From positions 1-29,382 of IMG/VR virus record IMGVR_UViG_3300032305_000118: a stretch of DNA of 29,382 nt; one strand, written 5' to 3'. Source of the DNA: a virus (lineage: Duplodnaviria > Caudoviricetes). Each line of letters opens with the position of its first letter. The first letter of the stretch is position 1. A program made the position numbers and the translations under genes. The notes under the pieces are model-generated. The model was not told the DNA's origin. It saw only the letters and a list, made by a program, of their open reading frames with translations, and ran no database searches. This document shows positions 1-8,106 of the stretch, in pieces.

Positions 1-405
1 ATGGGTGAGTTGGTTGTGGCTATTGACACTTCGGGGTCTATTGGCAACGAGCAGATTAGTGAGTTCGCAACAGAACTGGCATCCATCTGCGACTTGTGCA
101 ACCCCGACAAGGTTCGTGTGTTGTGGTGGGACACGCAAGTGCATGGTGAGCAAGTGTTCGAGGGTAACTACGGAGACATTGCCAATATGCTCAAACCATT
201 GGGCGGTGGTGGTACTCATGTGGGTTGCGTTAGTGACTACATGATTAAGAATTCCGTCAATGCGGAAGTGTTAGTTATCTTTACTGACGGATATGTAGAA
301 GGCAATATCAAGTGGGATGTGACTGCGCCGACTATGTGGTTCGTAACAGAGAATGGTAGGTTCGAGCCTCCAGCAGACGGTCGTATGGTTAAGGTTGTAG
401 ATTAA
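1..405 (+). CDS. VWA-domain protein (DUF2201-like, C-terminal part; probably truncated at the window edge)
   Basis: MIDAS motif VAIDTSGSI, then GGGGT and IFTDG, as in phage VWA/metallopeptidase proteins that usually accompany a MoxR-like AAA ATPase. Confidence 0.85.
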   Translation: MGELVVAIDTSGSIGNEQISEFATELASICDLCNPDKVRVLWWDTQVHGEQVFEGNYGDIANMLKPLGGGGTHVGCVSDYMIKNSVNAEVLVIFTDGYVEGNIKWDVTAPTMWFVTENGRFEPPADGRMVKVVD

Positions 406-415
406 TTATCTTTAA

Positions 416-428
416 TAACAGGGAGAAA
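416..428 (+). promoter_or_regulatory. Conserved RBS-overlapping motif TAACAGGGAGAAA (copy 1)
   Basis: Directly upstream of ATG 433; near-identical copies at 1440, 3221 and 3817. Confidence 0.6.
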
Positions 429-432
429 TAAA

Positions 433-1440
433 ATGAGTTTGAGTTTCAATAAACTTGCAAGCAAGGTACGTTCAACAGACCCCTATCGGGGGACTATGCG
501 TTACCCGATGGAGAATCGTAGTAATCGAAATAATGTCTTCGAACTAGTCGAGACCGATAACGATATTGAGTTCCATGTGTCGCATGGACATAGATATGTG
601 GAGAAGGAAATCAGCGAGGCTAGGTTCAAACTGCTCGATGGTGTGCGTGGCGCAAGAGTTCATAAGAAGACGCATGACCGTGAGAATTACGAATACTACA
701 CTCACGAGTCTGTACCAAGAGTTCTGTGCGTGGTGCGTTCGGATGATACGCTAGAGTATGTTGCTGACTCGTACTGGCAAGGTGACAACATGAAGATGAC
801 TGATTGGATAGGAGGTTATCAGTATGACTCTTATCGGATGAGTGGGACTGCGTATGCAAGTAATTACTATGGGAGAGATATTAATCACCCAATCTTCAAG
901 GGGTTGCGTATTGATGCTGACCACAACCCCGTCGGACAGAATGTGCAAGTGTTCCGTAGGACTGTGAATCGTAAGCGTTCTAAAGAGTTGATGGGTAGAT
1001 ACAAGGAGTTGTTTAAGTCACCCGATGCGATGCTCAAGTGTATGGATACGGAAACAATGGTTGTGACTATTAAAGATATATTAGATGAACACTTTGGTAA
1101 CAACGACAACCACTATGTATCTACTAAGGATTGCTTCACGATAGCTGAGAGAATGTTTGCCGAAGGTAGCAATTACGACGGTGTGATTCTGCATGGCTTT
1201 GCACAAGGTCTTCAAGGGTTCAATCGTTGGGCAATAGATAGTTATACATCAAAACAGAATCGTAGCTATTACAGGATGGTCGAGCCTAAGAATGTAGTGC
1301 CAAGACTTATCGCTAGTATGTCTAAGAAGTTATACAAGGAGTTCAAACCATTCGATGAGGAAGAAGTGAGTTTCAAGAATGTAGCCCCAAGTCAATGGGG
1401 TATTCGTGTAGTAGTAGATGGTGTAGAAGTTAAACTTTAA
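433..1440 (+). CDS. Hypothetical phage early protein (335 aa)
   Basis: Long ORF with GGGAG RBS; no motif recognised. Confidence 0.8.
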   Translation: MSLSFNKLASKVRSTDPYRGTMRYPMENRSNRNNVFELVETDNDIEFHVSHGHRYVEKEISEARFKLLDGVRGARVHKKTHDRENYEYYTHESVPRVLCVVRSDDTLEYVADSYWQGDNMKMTDWIGGYQYDSYRMSGTAYASNYYGRDINHPIFKGLRIDADHNPVGQNVQVFRRTVNRKRSKELMGRYKELFKSPDAMLKCMDTETMVVTIKDILDEHFGNNDNHYVSTKDCFTIAERMFAEGSNYDGVILHGFAQGLQGFNRWAIDSYTSKQNRSYYRMVEPKNVVPRLIASMSKKLYKEFKPFDEEEVSFKNVAPSQWGIRVVVDGVEVKL

Positions 1441-1450
1441 ACAGGGGAAA
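1440..1450 (+). promoter_or_regulatory. Conserved RBS-overlapping motif AACAGGGGAAA (copy 2)
   Basis: Directly upstream of ATG 1455. Confidence 0.55.
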
Positions 1451-1454
1451 TACA

Positions 1455-2390
1455 ATGAACGATAGATTATTTCATGCAGTAAGTGACGTTTCCTTGAGAG
1501 AGGAAGTCTTATCTAACGCAGTCTTGCCGTTGGTGAGAGAACTCAATTATGCCTATGGCTTAAAGGTATATGTTAAGAATCATCACAACGGTTACAACGG
1601 CTACGGTATGTGTAACGAGGAAGGCTTACCAATAGCTAAAGTATTCTTTCATGACGACTCGTTTTGCTACAATGCGCCGTATCAACAAAAGTCTAGAGGT
1701 ACTGACGAGTTCGACAGGCAGACTTATCGAAGTAAGAAGTTGTCTACTTTGATGTCAACGCTGAAGAAAGCAGATGTTATTACTACTACAGATAAAGTCT
1801 TATTCCACAACAAAAGAAGACTTACTGACTTAGTGACTAGGGTTTCTAATTCGTTTGAAGATAGGGGTAAAGATAACTTACCTCCAGCTCATGCGCAGAA
1901 ACTTTTACAAGCAATGGTAGAGGGTAAGGACATAAATTCTTTTTCAGAGAGTGATAGGGGTTTATACCTAAAGATACTTGACGAATACAAAAACATTGAC
2001 ATAATGAAAGAAGTGAAGAAAAAAGGAGTTGAGTCTATGTTTAAAGATTGTTATCTAGTGCTTGCTGATACCAATGGACATTACATTGTTAGTGAATCAA
2101 GTTATGAATATACTAGTAATGGTTCTTCGGTAGGTAGTGTTTATCTGAATATTAAACCTACTACACCGTTCAAGCGTGTGAAAGACCTTAGTGAATATCC
2201 TAGCTTGTTGGCAACAATGACAATGCTAAAGGTTAACTTAGGTGATGAGTTCAGACCTTTCTCAGGGGCTACTAGCAACTGTCTTTTTCCAAGGGGAGAT
2301 AAATACATATCTGATTTAGATGTCGTCTACGGCTATGAACGTAGTAGCGGTTCTAACTTTGATATGGGGTGGTTATGCCTATCCAAATAG
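1455..2390 (+). CDS. Hypothetical phage early protein (311 aa)
   Basis: Long ORF with RBS, tightly packed with neighbours. Confidence 0.8.
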   Translation: MNDRLFHAVSDVSLREEVLSNAVLPLVRELNYAYGLKVYVKNHHNGYNGYGMCNEEGLPIAKVFFHDDSFCYNAPYQQKSRGTDEFDRQTYRSKKLSTLMSTLKKADVITTTDKVLFHNKRRLTDLVTRVSNSFEDRGKDNLPPAHAQKLLQAMVEGKDINSFSESDRGLYLKILDEYKNIDIMKEVKKKGVESMFKDCYLVLADTNGHYIVSESSYEYTSNGSSVGSVYLNIKPTTPFKRVKDLSEYPSLLATMTMLKVNLGDEFRPFSGATSNCLFPRGDKYISDLDVVYGYERSSGSNFDMGWLCLSK

Positions 2391-2743
2391 AGAGTCAGCT
2401 AAGTCCATTAGTGCATCCATATAACTGGCATCTGTATCGTGTTCCGTTACGCAGACTTGGTGATGACCATACTGTTTATCTTGGCAACGGCAAGACTCGG
2501 ATATATACTGCTGAGTCTTTGCCTGATTGTATTAAGTTCAAGCTCACTATGGTTTTAGCATCGCCTAGTGTTGGGTTACATGATGAGTTCAAGCGTGAGT
2601 TTGGTGTTCATTCATTGATGATAAACAATAGCGCAGCGCATATGAATGACATTGGATGGAGGGCTAGTGATACGTATTTTGTAGTTGTTATCACAAGCGA
2701 TGAGTTGGATTCTCTCATTGGTGAATCGTTATACAAGGAATAG
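2369..2743 (+). CDS. Hypothetical protein (start GTG 2369 or ATG 2375)
   Basis: Fills the gap between neighbours in the operon. Confidence 0.75.
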   Translation: MVMPIQIESQLSPLVHPYNWHLYRVPLRRLGDDHTVYLGNGKTRIYTAESLPDCIKFKLTMVLASPSVGLHDEFKREFGVHSLMINNSAAHMNDIGWRASDTYFVVVITSDELDSLIGESLYKE

Positions 2744-2745
2744 AT

Positions 2746-3060
2746 ATGGCAATGACACCCGAAGCAAAAGTTAAGAAGTTAATAAAGTTGCACCTAAACG
2801 ATATGGGTGCGTATTTCATTCAACCGATAGGTACAGGCTTTGGTGCTAACGGTGCGCCTGACATTGTGGCTTGCTATAAGGGTTTCTTTATTGGTGTAGA
2901 AGCAAAAGCAGGAAAGGGCAAGACGACAGCACTGCAAGAATTTAATCTCAAAAGGATTGAAGGAATGGGCGGTCTTGCATTAGTGATTAACGAGACAAAT
3001 GTCTCACAGTTAAAGGAGTTAATAGAATCATGGGTAAATACAGTAAAAACAAAGATGTAG
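2746..3060 (+). CDS. VRR-NUC / PD-(D/E)xK nuclease (Holliday junction resolvase-like)
   Basis: PEAKVK...GAPDIV...FIGVEAKA...TALQ is the characteristic VRR-NUC signature. Confidence 0.88.
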   Translation: MAMTPEAKVKKLIKLHLNDMGAYFIQPIGTGFGANGAPDIVACYKGFFIGVEAKAGKGKTTALQEFNLKRIEGMGGLALVINETNVSQLKELIESWVNTVKTKM

Positions 3061-3239
3061 ATTCACTAGTGTGTGAACTACTAGAAAGTGGTTGGCAACC
3101 ATTGAAACGAAAACGTCATTGGCAAGTTGTTTCACCGACAGGACTTAAGTTAACTATTCCTGTTACACCAAGTGACGGGAGAGCGTTCCTAAATTTTAGG
3201 GGCGATGTTAGACGGGCTACACAGGGAGTAAGTATATGA
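3030..3239 (+). CDS. HicA-like small dsRBD-fold protein (possible mRNA interferase)
   Basis: 69 aa, LLESGW...RHWQVVSPTG...TIPVTPSD..AFLNFR; size and conserved His pattern fit the HicA-like family. Confidence 0.6.
   Translation: MGKYSKNKDVDSLVCELLESGWQPLKRKRHWQVVSPTGLKLTIPVTPSDGRAFLNFRGDVRRATQGVSI
3221..3231 (+). promoter_or_regulatory. Partial RBS-overlapping motif ACAGGGAGTAA (copy 3)
   Basis: Upstream of ATG 3236. Confidence 0.4.
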
Positions 3240-3448
3240 GACCATTAATAACTTTGCGCAAGCTAAAGTCAGTTGATATAAACGAAGTAATAAGCAAACC
3301 ACCAATGGCTATTGAGCGTGGGTCAAAGTTTGTTTATACCAACGGCTCTGACGTTATGAAAACATTTAAGCGGTACGGGTTCATACCACCATCTGAGGTG
3401 CGCAACGACTATCTCTTTAAAAAGAATCGTGAGATGAAAGATGAATGA
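3236..3448 (+). CDS. Hypothetical protein
   Basis: ATGA overlap with the upstream gene; GGGAG RBS. Confidence 0.7.
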   Translation: MRPLITLRKLKSVDINEVISKPPMAIERGSKFVYTNGSDVMKTFKRYGFIPPSEVRNDYLFKKNREMKDE

Positions 3449-3629
3449 GCAAGACCTAAGAGATTGTTTTGCTATGTTCGCTATGATGGGACTGCTTATG
3501 AGAGGCGATAATAAGTTAGTGCAGATACCCGAAGGAGCATACGAAATAGCAGATCATATGCTTGAGGCTCGCAAACCTAAAGAGGTTGGGATTAAAACCG
3601 TTAAACGTACGAGGAAAATAAATGACTAA
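3441..3629 (+). CDS. Conserved small phage protein (LRDxFA..AM.GL...AY.IAD.ML family)
   Basis: LRDCFAMFAMMGLL...AYEIADHMLEAR pattern, common in small phage proteins. Confidence 0.75.
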   Translation: MNEQDLRDCFAMFAMMGLLMRGDNKLVQIPEGAYEIADHMLEARKPKEVGIKTVKRTRKIND

Positions 3630-3819
3630 ACGATTTGAGCCTATCCCTTTTATGGGTGTGGTTGAGATAGATGAAAATGAGGTTTACCCTATGACACAAC
3701 AGGAGGTGGCAGATGTACTAAACACAAGTAGACCCGAAGTTAGTCGTATTGAGAAACGAGCAATGCAGAAGTTTAAACAGAAGCTTTTAAAGAAGTTCAA
3801 CAAAGATGATTTTATTTAA
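3622..3819 (+). CDS. Stand-alone sigma-70 region 4 helix-turn-helix protein
   Basis: MTQQEVADVLNTSRPEVSRIEKRAMQKFK matches the sigma region 4.2 pattern (T..EIA..L.IS...VSRIE..A..KL). Confidence 0.8.
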   Translation: MTKRFEPIPFMGVVEIDENEVYPMTQQEVADVLNTSRPEVSRIEKRAMQKFKQKLLKKFNKDDFI

Positions 3820-3829
3820 CAGGGAGAAG
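3817..3829 (+). promoter_or_regulatory. Conserved RBS-overlapping motif TAACAGGGAGAAG (copy 4)
   Basis: Directly upstream of ATG 3833. Confidence 0.6.
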
Positions 3830-3832
3830 TAA

Positions 3833-4246
3833 ATGAGAAGAGTATCAACAAAAACCACAAAAGTATTAGCTTATCTAGAAAATAATCCTAGTGCCAAGCC
3901 AGCAGATGTGGCTAAGAAGTTTAAGATGGCGGTGCAGTATGTGTATAAATTACGAGGCTACACTAAGTTGGATAAGGCTCTAGAGATGAGCAAACCATCG
4001 GCGGTGTTCTTAGTTAAGAATTCCTTAAAAAAGGAAACCAAAGATAACGTCAACAGTCCAGCACATTATATTACTGGTGGGATCGAGACTATTGATTTCA
4101 TCGAGGCAAAGTCTCTTAACTATAACCTTGGCAATGTAGTGAAGTATGTATCTCGTTCAGACTACAAAGGCAAGAAACTAGAGGACTTGAAGAAGGCTCG
4201 TTGGTATCTATGTCGTGAAATATCTAACTTGGAGAAAGTAAAATGA
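3833..4246 (+). CDS. N-terminal HTH fused to a DUF3310 (SaV / T7 gp1.7 nucleotide kinase-like) domain
   Basis: DNVNSPAHY..GGIETIDFI...LGNVVKYVSR...K...EDLKKARWYL is the DUF3310 signature; N-terminal NPSAKPADVAKKFKMAVQYVY is HTH-like. Confidence 0.85.
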   Translation: MRRVSTKTTKVLAYLENNPSAKPADVAKKFKMAVQYVYKLRGYTKLDKALEMSKPSAVFLVKNSLKKETKDNVNSPAHYITGGIETIDFIEAKSLNYNLGNVVKYVSRSDYKGKKLEDLKKARWYLCREISNLEKVK

Positions 4247-4386
4247 AAAAAGCAATCGCAGTAGTATTTGTAGCGTTATTATCAACGGGTGTTATGGCAC
4301 AAACTAAATGTGTGCCTGATGGTCGTGGCGGTATGTGTTGTTGGGATGTGCAGACACAAGGACCGTTTAAGCCTATCATGTGTTAA
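4243..4386 (+). CDS. Small secreted Cys-rich peptide (47 aa; not in the ORF track)
   Basis: MKKAIAVVFVALLSTGVMA-QTKCVPDGRGGMCCWDVQTQGPFKPIMC; GGAG RBS at 4231, ATGA overlap with the upstream stop, classical signal peptide. Confidence 0.75.
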   Translation: MKKAIAVVFVALLSTGVMAQTKCVPDGRGGMCCWDVQTQGPFKPIMC

Positions 4387-4402
4387 TTATTAGTTAGTCC
4401 TT

Positions 4403-4436
4403 GGGGAGTTTGCCTGACGGTACGCTCCCCTTTTTT
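4403..4436 (+). terminator. Intrinsic terminator closing the early operon
   Basis: GGGGAG...CTCCCC stem with inner TGCC/GGTA pairing, followed by T6. Confidence 0.8.
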
Positions 4437-4460
4437 GTAACTACAAAATATGGTATTTAA

Positions 4461-6335
4461 GTGAGCCTAATTACACTAGATTTTGAAACATATTACGACA
4501 AAGAGTTTTCTTTGCGCCGTCTGACTACTGAGGAATATATCAGGGACAAACGCTTTGAGACTATTGGTGTTGCGGTGAAGGTCGATGACCAGCCCGCTGT
4601 TTGGGTTAGCGGTACTTGTGAGCAGTTGAAGTCTCACCTGATGCAGTACGACTGGGCAAACTCTATGGTGCTTTGCCACAATATGATGTTCGATGGCGCA
4701 ATCCTTGCGTGGAAGTTCGGCATCATCCCTTATATCTACGTTGATACATTGTGCATGGCTAGGGCGGTGAACGGTGTGGATGTGGGCGGTTCGCTTGCGT
4801 TCTTGGTTGAGAAGTATGGACTGGGTGCGAAAGGCACAGAAGTCGATGATGCGCAGGGAAAATATATAACTGGCTTCACCTTAAGTGAGTTGGAGCGGTA
4901 TGGTCAGTATTGCATAAACGACGTTGAGCTAACTAAAAAGCTTTTTGATGTGTTGTCTGTTGATTTCCCGATGGATGAGTTAAAGCTGATTGACATGACG
5001 TTACGGATGTATACCAACCCTGTGCTTGAGGTAGATGATGCTCTACTGATGGAACGCTTAGACGAAGTCCGCAGCGAGAAGAGCGAGTTGCTCAAGTCTT
5101 TAATGGTAAGACTAGAGTGTGATACTGAAGAAGCGGTACGCAAGAAGCTGGCAAGTAATAAACAGTTCGCTGGCTTGCTGGTGGAATTTGGAGTTCCTCC
5201 ACCGATGAAGACAAGTAAGACCACAGGCAAGGAAACCTTTGCGCTGGCAAAAAATGACGAGGGTTTTATTGCGTTAACAGAGCATGAAGACCCGTTCATT
5301 CAGCAACTATGCGCAGTCCGTCTAGGTACTAAGTCAACGATTGAGGAGAGTAGGATTGAGCGATTCATTAGCGTTGGAGCAAGAAACAAAGGAAAGCTAC
5401 CCATCCCACTCAAGTATTACGGGGCGCATACGGGTCGTTGGTCAGGGTCGGACAAAGTCAATTTCCAAAACCTACCGAGCCGTGACAAGAAGAAAAAAGC
5501 CCTCAAAAATGCTGTTGTCGCTCCTGATGGGTACATGGTCATCAATTGTGACTCGTCGCAAATTGAAGCAAGAGTTCTTGCATGGCTATCGGGTCAGACC
5601 AACTTGGTTAATGCCTTTGCGAGTGGGGATGATGTTTACTCCCTCTTTGCATCGGAAGTATATGGTAGACCGATCACCAAAGAAAACCCTATTGAAAGGT
5701 TCGTGGGTAAAACCTGCATACTCGGTCTCGGATATGGTACTGGAGCAATTAAATTACAGCACACACTAAAGACTACTCCCCCAGGGGTCGAGGTCGATGA
5801 GTATGAAGCCAAGCGTATAGTTGAGCTATACAGGCTGAGTAACGACAAAATCACCGACCTGTGGAAAGATTGTGAAGATGCTCTAACAAGTATTTTCTCA
5901 GGCACAAAAAAACCGTATTATCTAGGTGTAAACCGTTGCTTGACTGTCAATTCGGAGGGGATTCTTTTGCCCAACGGTTGCTACATCCGCTACCCCAAAC
6001 TCACAGTTGAGTTTGAAAACAACAGAAAACAGTTCATTTATAAGTCTCGTAGGGGACAGATACACTTGTGGGGCGGGGCCGTGGTAGAGAACGTAGTCCA
6101 AGCCCTTGCCCGTTGTATAGTAGGTGAGCAGATGGTAGCTATCAACGATAGATACCCTGTAGTATTGACTGTGCATGATGCGGCGGTATGCGTAGTCCCC
6201 GAAGCAGAAGTTGAGGAGGCTTGCAGATTTATCGTGGGGTGTATGTCTAAGACACCCGACTGGGCTAAGGGTTTACCCGTAGCTTGTGAGGCTCATTATG
6301 GATATAACTATGGCGAAATGAAGGAATGGAAATGA
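4461..6335 (+). CDS. polA: Family A DNA polymerase with 3'-5' exonuclease
   Basis: ExoI LDFETY, ExoII HNMMFD, ExoIII YCINDV; HTGRWSG; NFQNLP; motif A DSSQIEARVL; motif B RFVGKTCILGLGYG; motif C TVHD. Confidence 0.95.
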   Translation: MSLITLDFETYYDKEFSLRRLTTEEYIRDKRFETIGVAVKVDDQPAVWVSGTCEQLKSHLMQYDWANSMVLCHNMMFDGAILAWKFGIIPYIYVDTLCMARAVNGVDVGGSLAFLVEKYGLGAKGTEVDDAQGKYITGFTLSELERYGQYCINDVELTKKLFDVLSVDFPMDELKLIDMTLRMYTNPVLEVDDALLMERLDEVRSEKSELLKSLMVRLECDTEEAVRKKLASNKQFAGLLVEFGVPPPMKTSKTTGKETFALAKNDEGFIALTEHEDPFIQQLCAVRLGTKSTIEESRIERFISVGARNKGKLPIPLKYYGAHTGRWSGSDKVNFQNLPSRDKKKKALKNAVVAPDGYMVINCDSSQIEARVLAWLSGQTNLVNAFASGDDVYSLFASEVYGRPITKENPIERFVGKTCILGLGYGTGAIKLQHTLKTTPPGVEVDEYEAKRIVELYRLSNDKITDLWKDCEDALTSIFSGTKKPYYLGVNRCLTVNSEGILLPNGCYIRYPKLTVEFENNRKQFIYKSRRGQIHLWGGAVVENVVQALARCIVGEQMVAINDRYPVVLTVHDAAVCVVPEAEVEEACRFIVGCMSKTPDWAKGLPVACEAHYGYNYGEMKEWK

Positions 6336-6505
6336 ACAATACCTTTTGTAAAAACTGCCACAGAATTCCAAGTCAATGTTGTTGCACACCAGTAAAGACA
6401 CTAACAGATGAGGATTTATTGCGGCAATACATTGCTGAGTTAGAAAAGGCATTGGAGTCGTCCTTGGCATTAAACAAAGCGCAAGCGGAAAGACAAAAGA
6501 AATAA
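6332..6505 (+). CDS. Small Cys-rich (putative Zn-binding) coiled-coil protein (57 aa; not in the ORF track)
   Basis: MNNTFCKNCHRIPSQCCCTPVKTLTDEDLLRQYIAELEKALESSLALNKAQAERQKK; ATGA and TAATG overlaps on the two sides. Confidence 0.7.
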   Translation: MNNTFCKNCHRIPSQCCCTPVKTLTDEDLLRQYIAELEKALESSLALNKAQAERQKK

Positions 6506-6945
6506 TGGAAAAGGGCTTATTCCGTAAGGGCGATGAGCAGATTGCCGAAGATACCAATAATCAAGAGGATGCTAGGCAACGGTTGGCAGACCTACTAGGT
6601 ATGGAGATAGTTAATATGGATAGCTTTTCTATATGGGATTGGGAGTTTAGAAAGGATAAATTAATAGCTATCGGTGAGTATCGCCGTAGGTTTAATGACT
6701 TTGATAAGTATCCTGATTTTCAGTTTAGTAAATATAAGTTTGATACGATGAGAGGCAAATGTGCGTTTCAAAATATCTTAGCGTTTATGTTCGTAGAGTT
6801 TGATGATGGGTTCTTTTACTTTGCCATTGAAGGATACCCACCTATTGAAATTATGCAACGTGGTGGTGAGATGCGGACAGAAGAAGTAGTAGTCATCCCT
6901 AAAGAAAGCTTTAAACCAATAGAAGGGCTAACAAATGAGTTTTGA
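6505..6945 (+). CDS. Putative PD-(D/E)xK-fold nuclease-like protein
   Basis: E...FSIWDW...IAIGEYRRR...Y...K layout resembles restriction-like phage nucleases, with ExR in place of ExK. Confidence 0.5.
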   Translation: MEKGLFRKGDEQIAEDTNNQEDARQRLADLLGMEIVNMDSFSIWDWEFRKDKLIAIGEYRRRFNDFDKYPDFQFSKYKFDTMRGKCAFQNILAFMFVEFDDGFFYFAIEGYPPIEIMQRGGEMRTEEVVVIPKESFKPIEGLTNEF

Positions 6946-7054
6946 AATCATGCAGCACAACGGCATGAAAATTATTCAATACTTCTTTAGTATGGATGAA
7001 CTTATTAAATCAATGCTTAATAACCCTAAAGATAGATACTGGAGAATTAAATGA
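6935..7054 (+). CDS. Hypothetical small protein (39 aa; not in the ORF track)
   Basis: MSFEIMQHNGMKIIQYFFSMDELIKSMLNNPKDRYWRIK fills the gap exactly, with an ATGA overlap to the next gene. Confidence 0.6.
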   Translation: MSFEIMQHNGMKIIQYFFSMDELIKSMLNNPKDRYWRIK

Positions 7055-7260
7055 CAACATTTACAAGCGAAGATAGGGCGGAGGCTTACAAAGGTGAAAC
7101 CCCGACAGTTATTGTCGACAGCGGTTATAGCGTTAAAACCCTTGGTGAATATATAGACTTAGAGCAACGCATTGAAATGTACCGTAAACAGATGGATATT
7201 ATGCAGATGGAAATTCAAAGACTAAAGAAAAAATTAATGGAGGCTGGAATAAATGAGTGA
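7051..7260 (+). CDS. Hypothetical coiled-coil protein
   Basis: GGAG RBS; heptad-rich C-terminus. Confidence 0.7.
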   Translation: MTTFTSEDRAEAYKGETPTVIVDSGYSVKTLGEYIDLEQRIEMYRKQMDIMQMEIQRLKKKLMEAGINE

Positions 7261-7453
7261 CACAAAGTACACAAGAGCGGATGTAGATGAGGCTTTTTTT
7301 AATTTAGGAAAACTAGCTGGGCGCATTCCAAAAGATGAAGGCAAGCGTTTGTGTATGCTTACCCATGTAATTAGCAGCTTTATTGCCCAAGTGGTAGAAG
7401 AAAATAAGCATCTTAGAAACGGCGATGAGTTTGACATAGATGGGAGATGTTGA
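7253..7453 (+). CDS. Hypothetical protein
   Basis: Overlaps both neighbours in the operon. Confidence 0.65.
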   Translation: MSDTKYTRADVDEAFFNLGKLAGRIPKDEGKRLCMLTHVISSFIAQVVEENKHLRNGDEFDIDGRC

Positions 7454-8106
7454 TGTTTACATGGTCATATTCAGCCCTTAAGGACTATGTTAATTGTCCG
7501 AAGCAATATCAAGAGGTCAAAGTTTTAAAGAACTATCAGAAGGTTATGACTCAACAGATTCTTTACGGAAATCAAGTCCATAAAGCTCTGGAGAACTACA
7601 TTAAAGACGGCGAACCCCTTGCTGAGAACTATAAAAGATTTGAAAAACTGATGGACACCTTAAAGGATATACCTGGGGAATTCCATCCTGAGCTTCGTAT
7701 GGCACTTAATTACGAGAAAAAAGCTTGTAAATGGAGCGCGGAAGATTGTTGGGCTAGGGGTATAGTTGACTTCCTAGTGGTTGACGGTGAGGATGCCTTT
7801 ATTGTGGACTACAAAACGGGTAGCAATAAGTACCCTGATGTAAAACAATTAAAACTGATGGCTTTGATGGTTTTTGAGCATTTTCCCAAAGTAAAGAACA
7901 TTAAGGCTGGGTTGATGTTCGTCATGCATAACAGTTTTATTACAGAGGAATACGTACGGGATCAAATAATACAGCTGTGGGATGCTTTCTTACCAGACCT
8001 TGCTCGTTTGACCCATTCGTACGAAAATGATGTATGGCAAGCAAACCCCACCCCCCTATGTGGTTGGTGTCCAGTTAAGTCTTGCGAACACCACAAGGAG
8101 AGATAA
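7453..8106 (+). CDS. Cas4/RecB-like PD-(D/E)xK exonuclease
   Basis: WSYS..KDYVNCPKQY; G..VHKALE; RGIVDF; IVDYKTG; QL.LMA; C-terminal CGWCP....C completing a 1+3 Cys Fe-S staple. ATG 7453 preferred over 7447 on SD spacing. Confidence 0.88.
   Translation: MFTWSYSALKDYVNCPKQYQEVKVLKNYQKVMTQQILYGNQVHKALENYIKDGEPLAENYKRFEKLMDTLKDIPGEFHPELRMALNYEKKACKWSAEDCWARGIVDFLVVDGEDAFIVDYKTGSNKYPDVKQLKLMALMVFEHFPKVKNIKAGLMFVMHNSFITEEYVRDQIIQLWDAFLPDLARLTHSYENDVWQANPTPLCGWCPVKSCEHHKER

Noticed and set aside
4476-6557. Alternative-frame and antisense ORFs within polA (e.g. 4904-5299, 5341-5769)
   Set aside because: They shadow a well-supported gene and show no RBS or recognisable motifs
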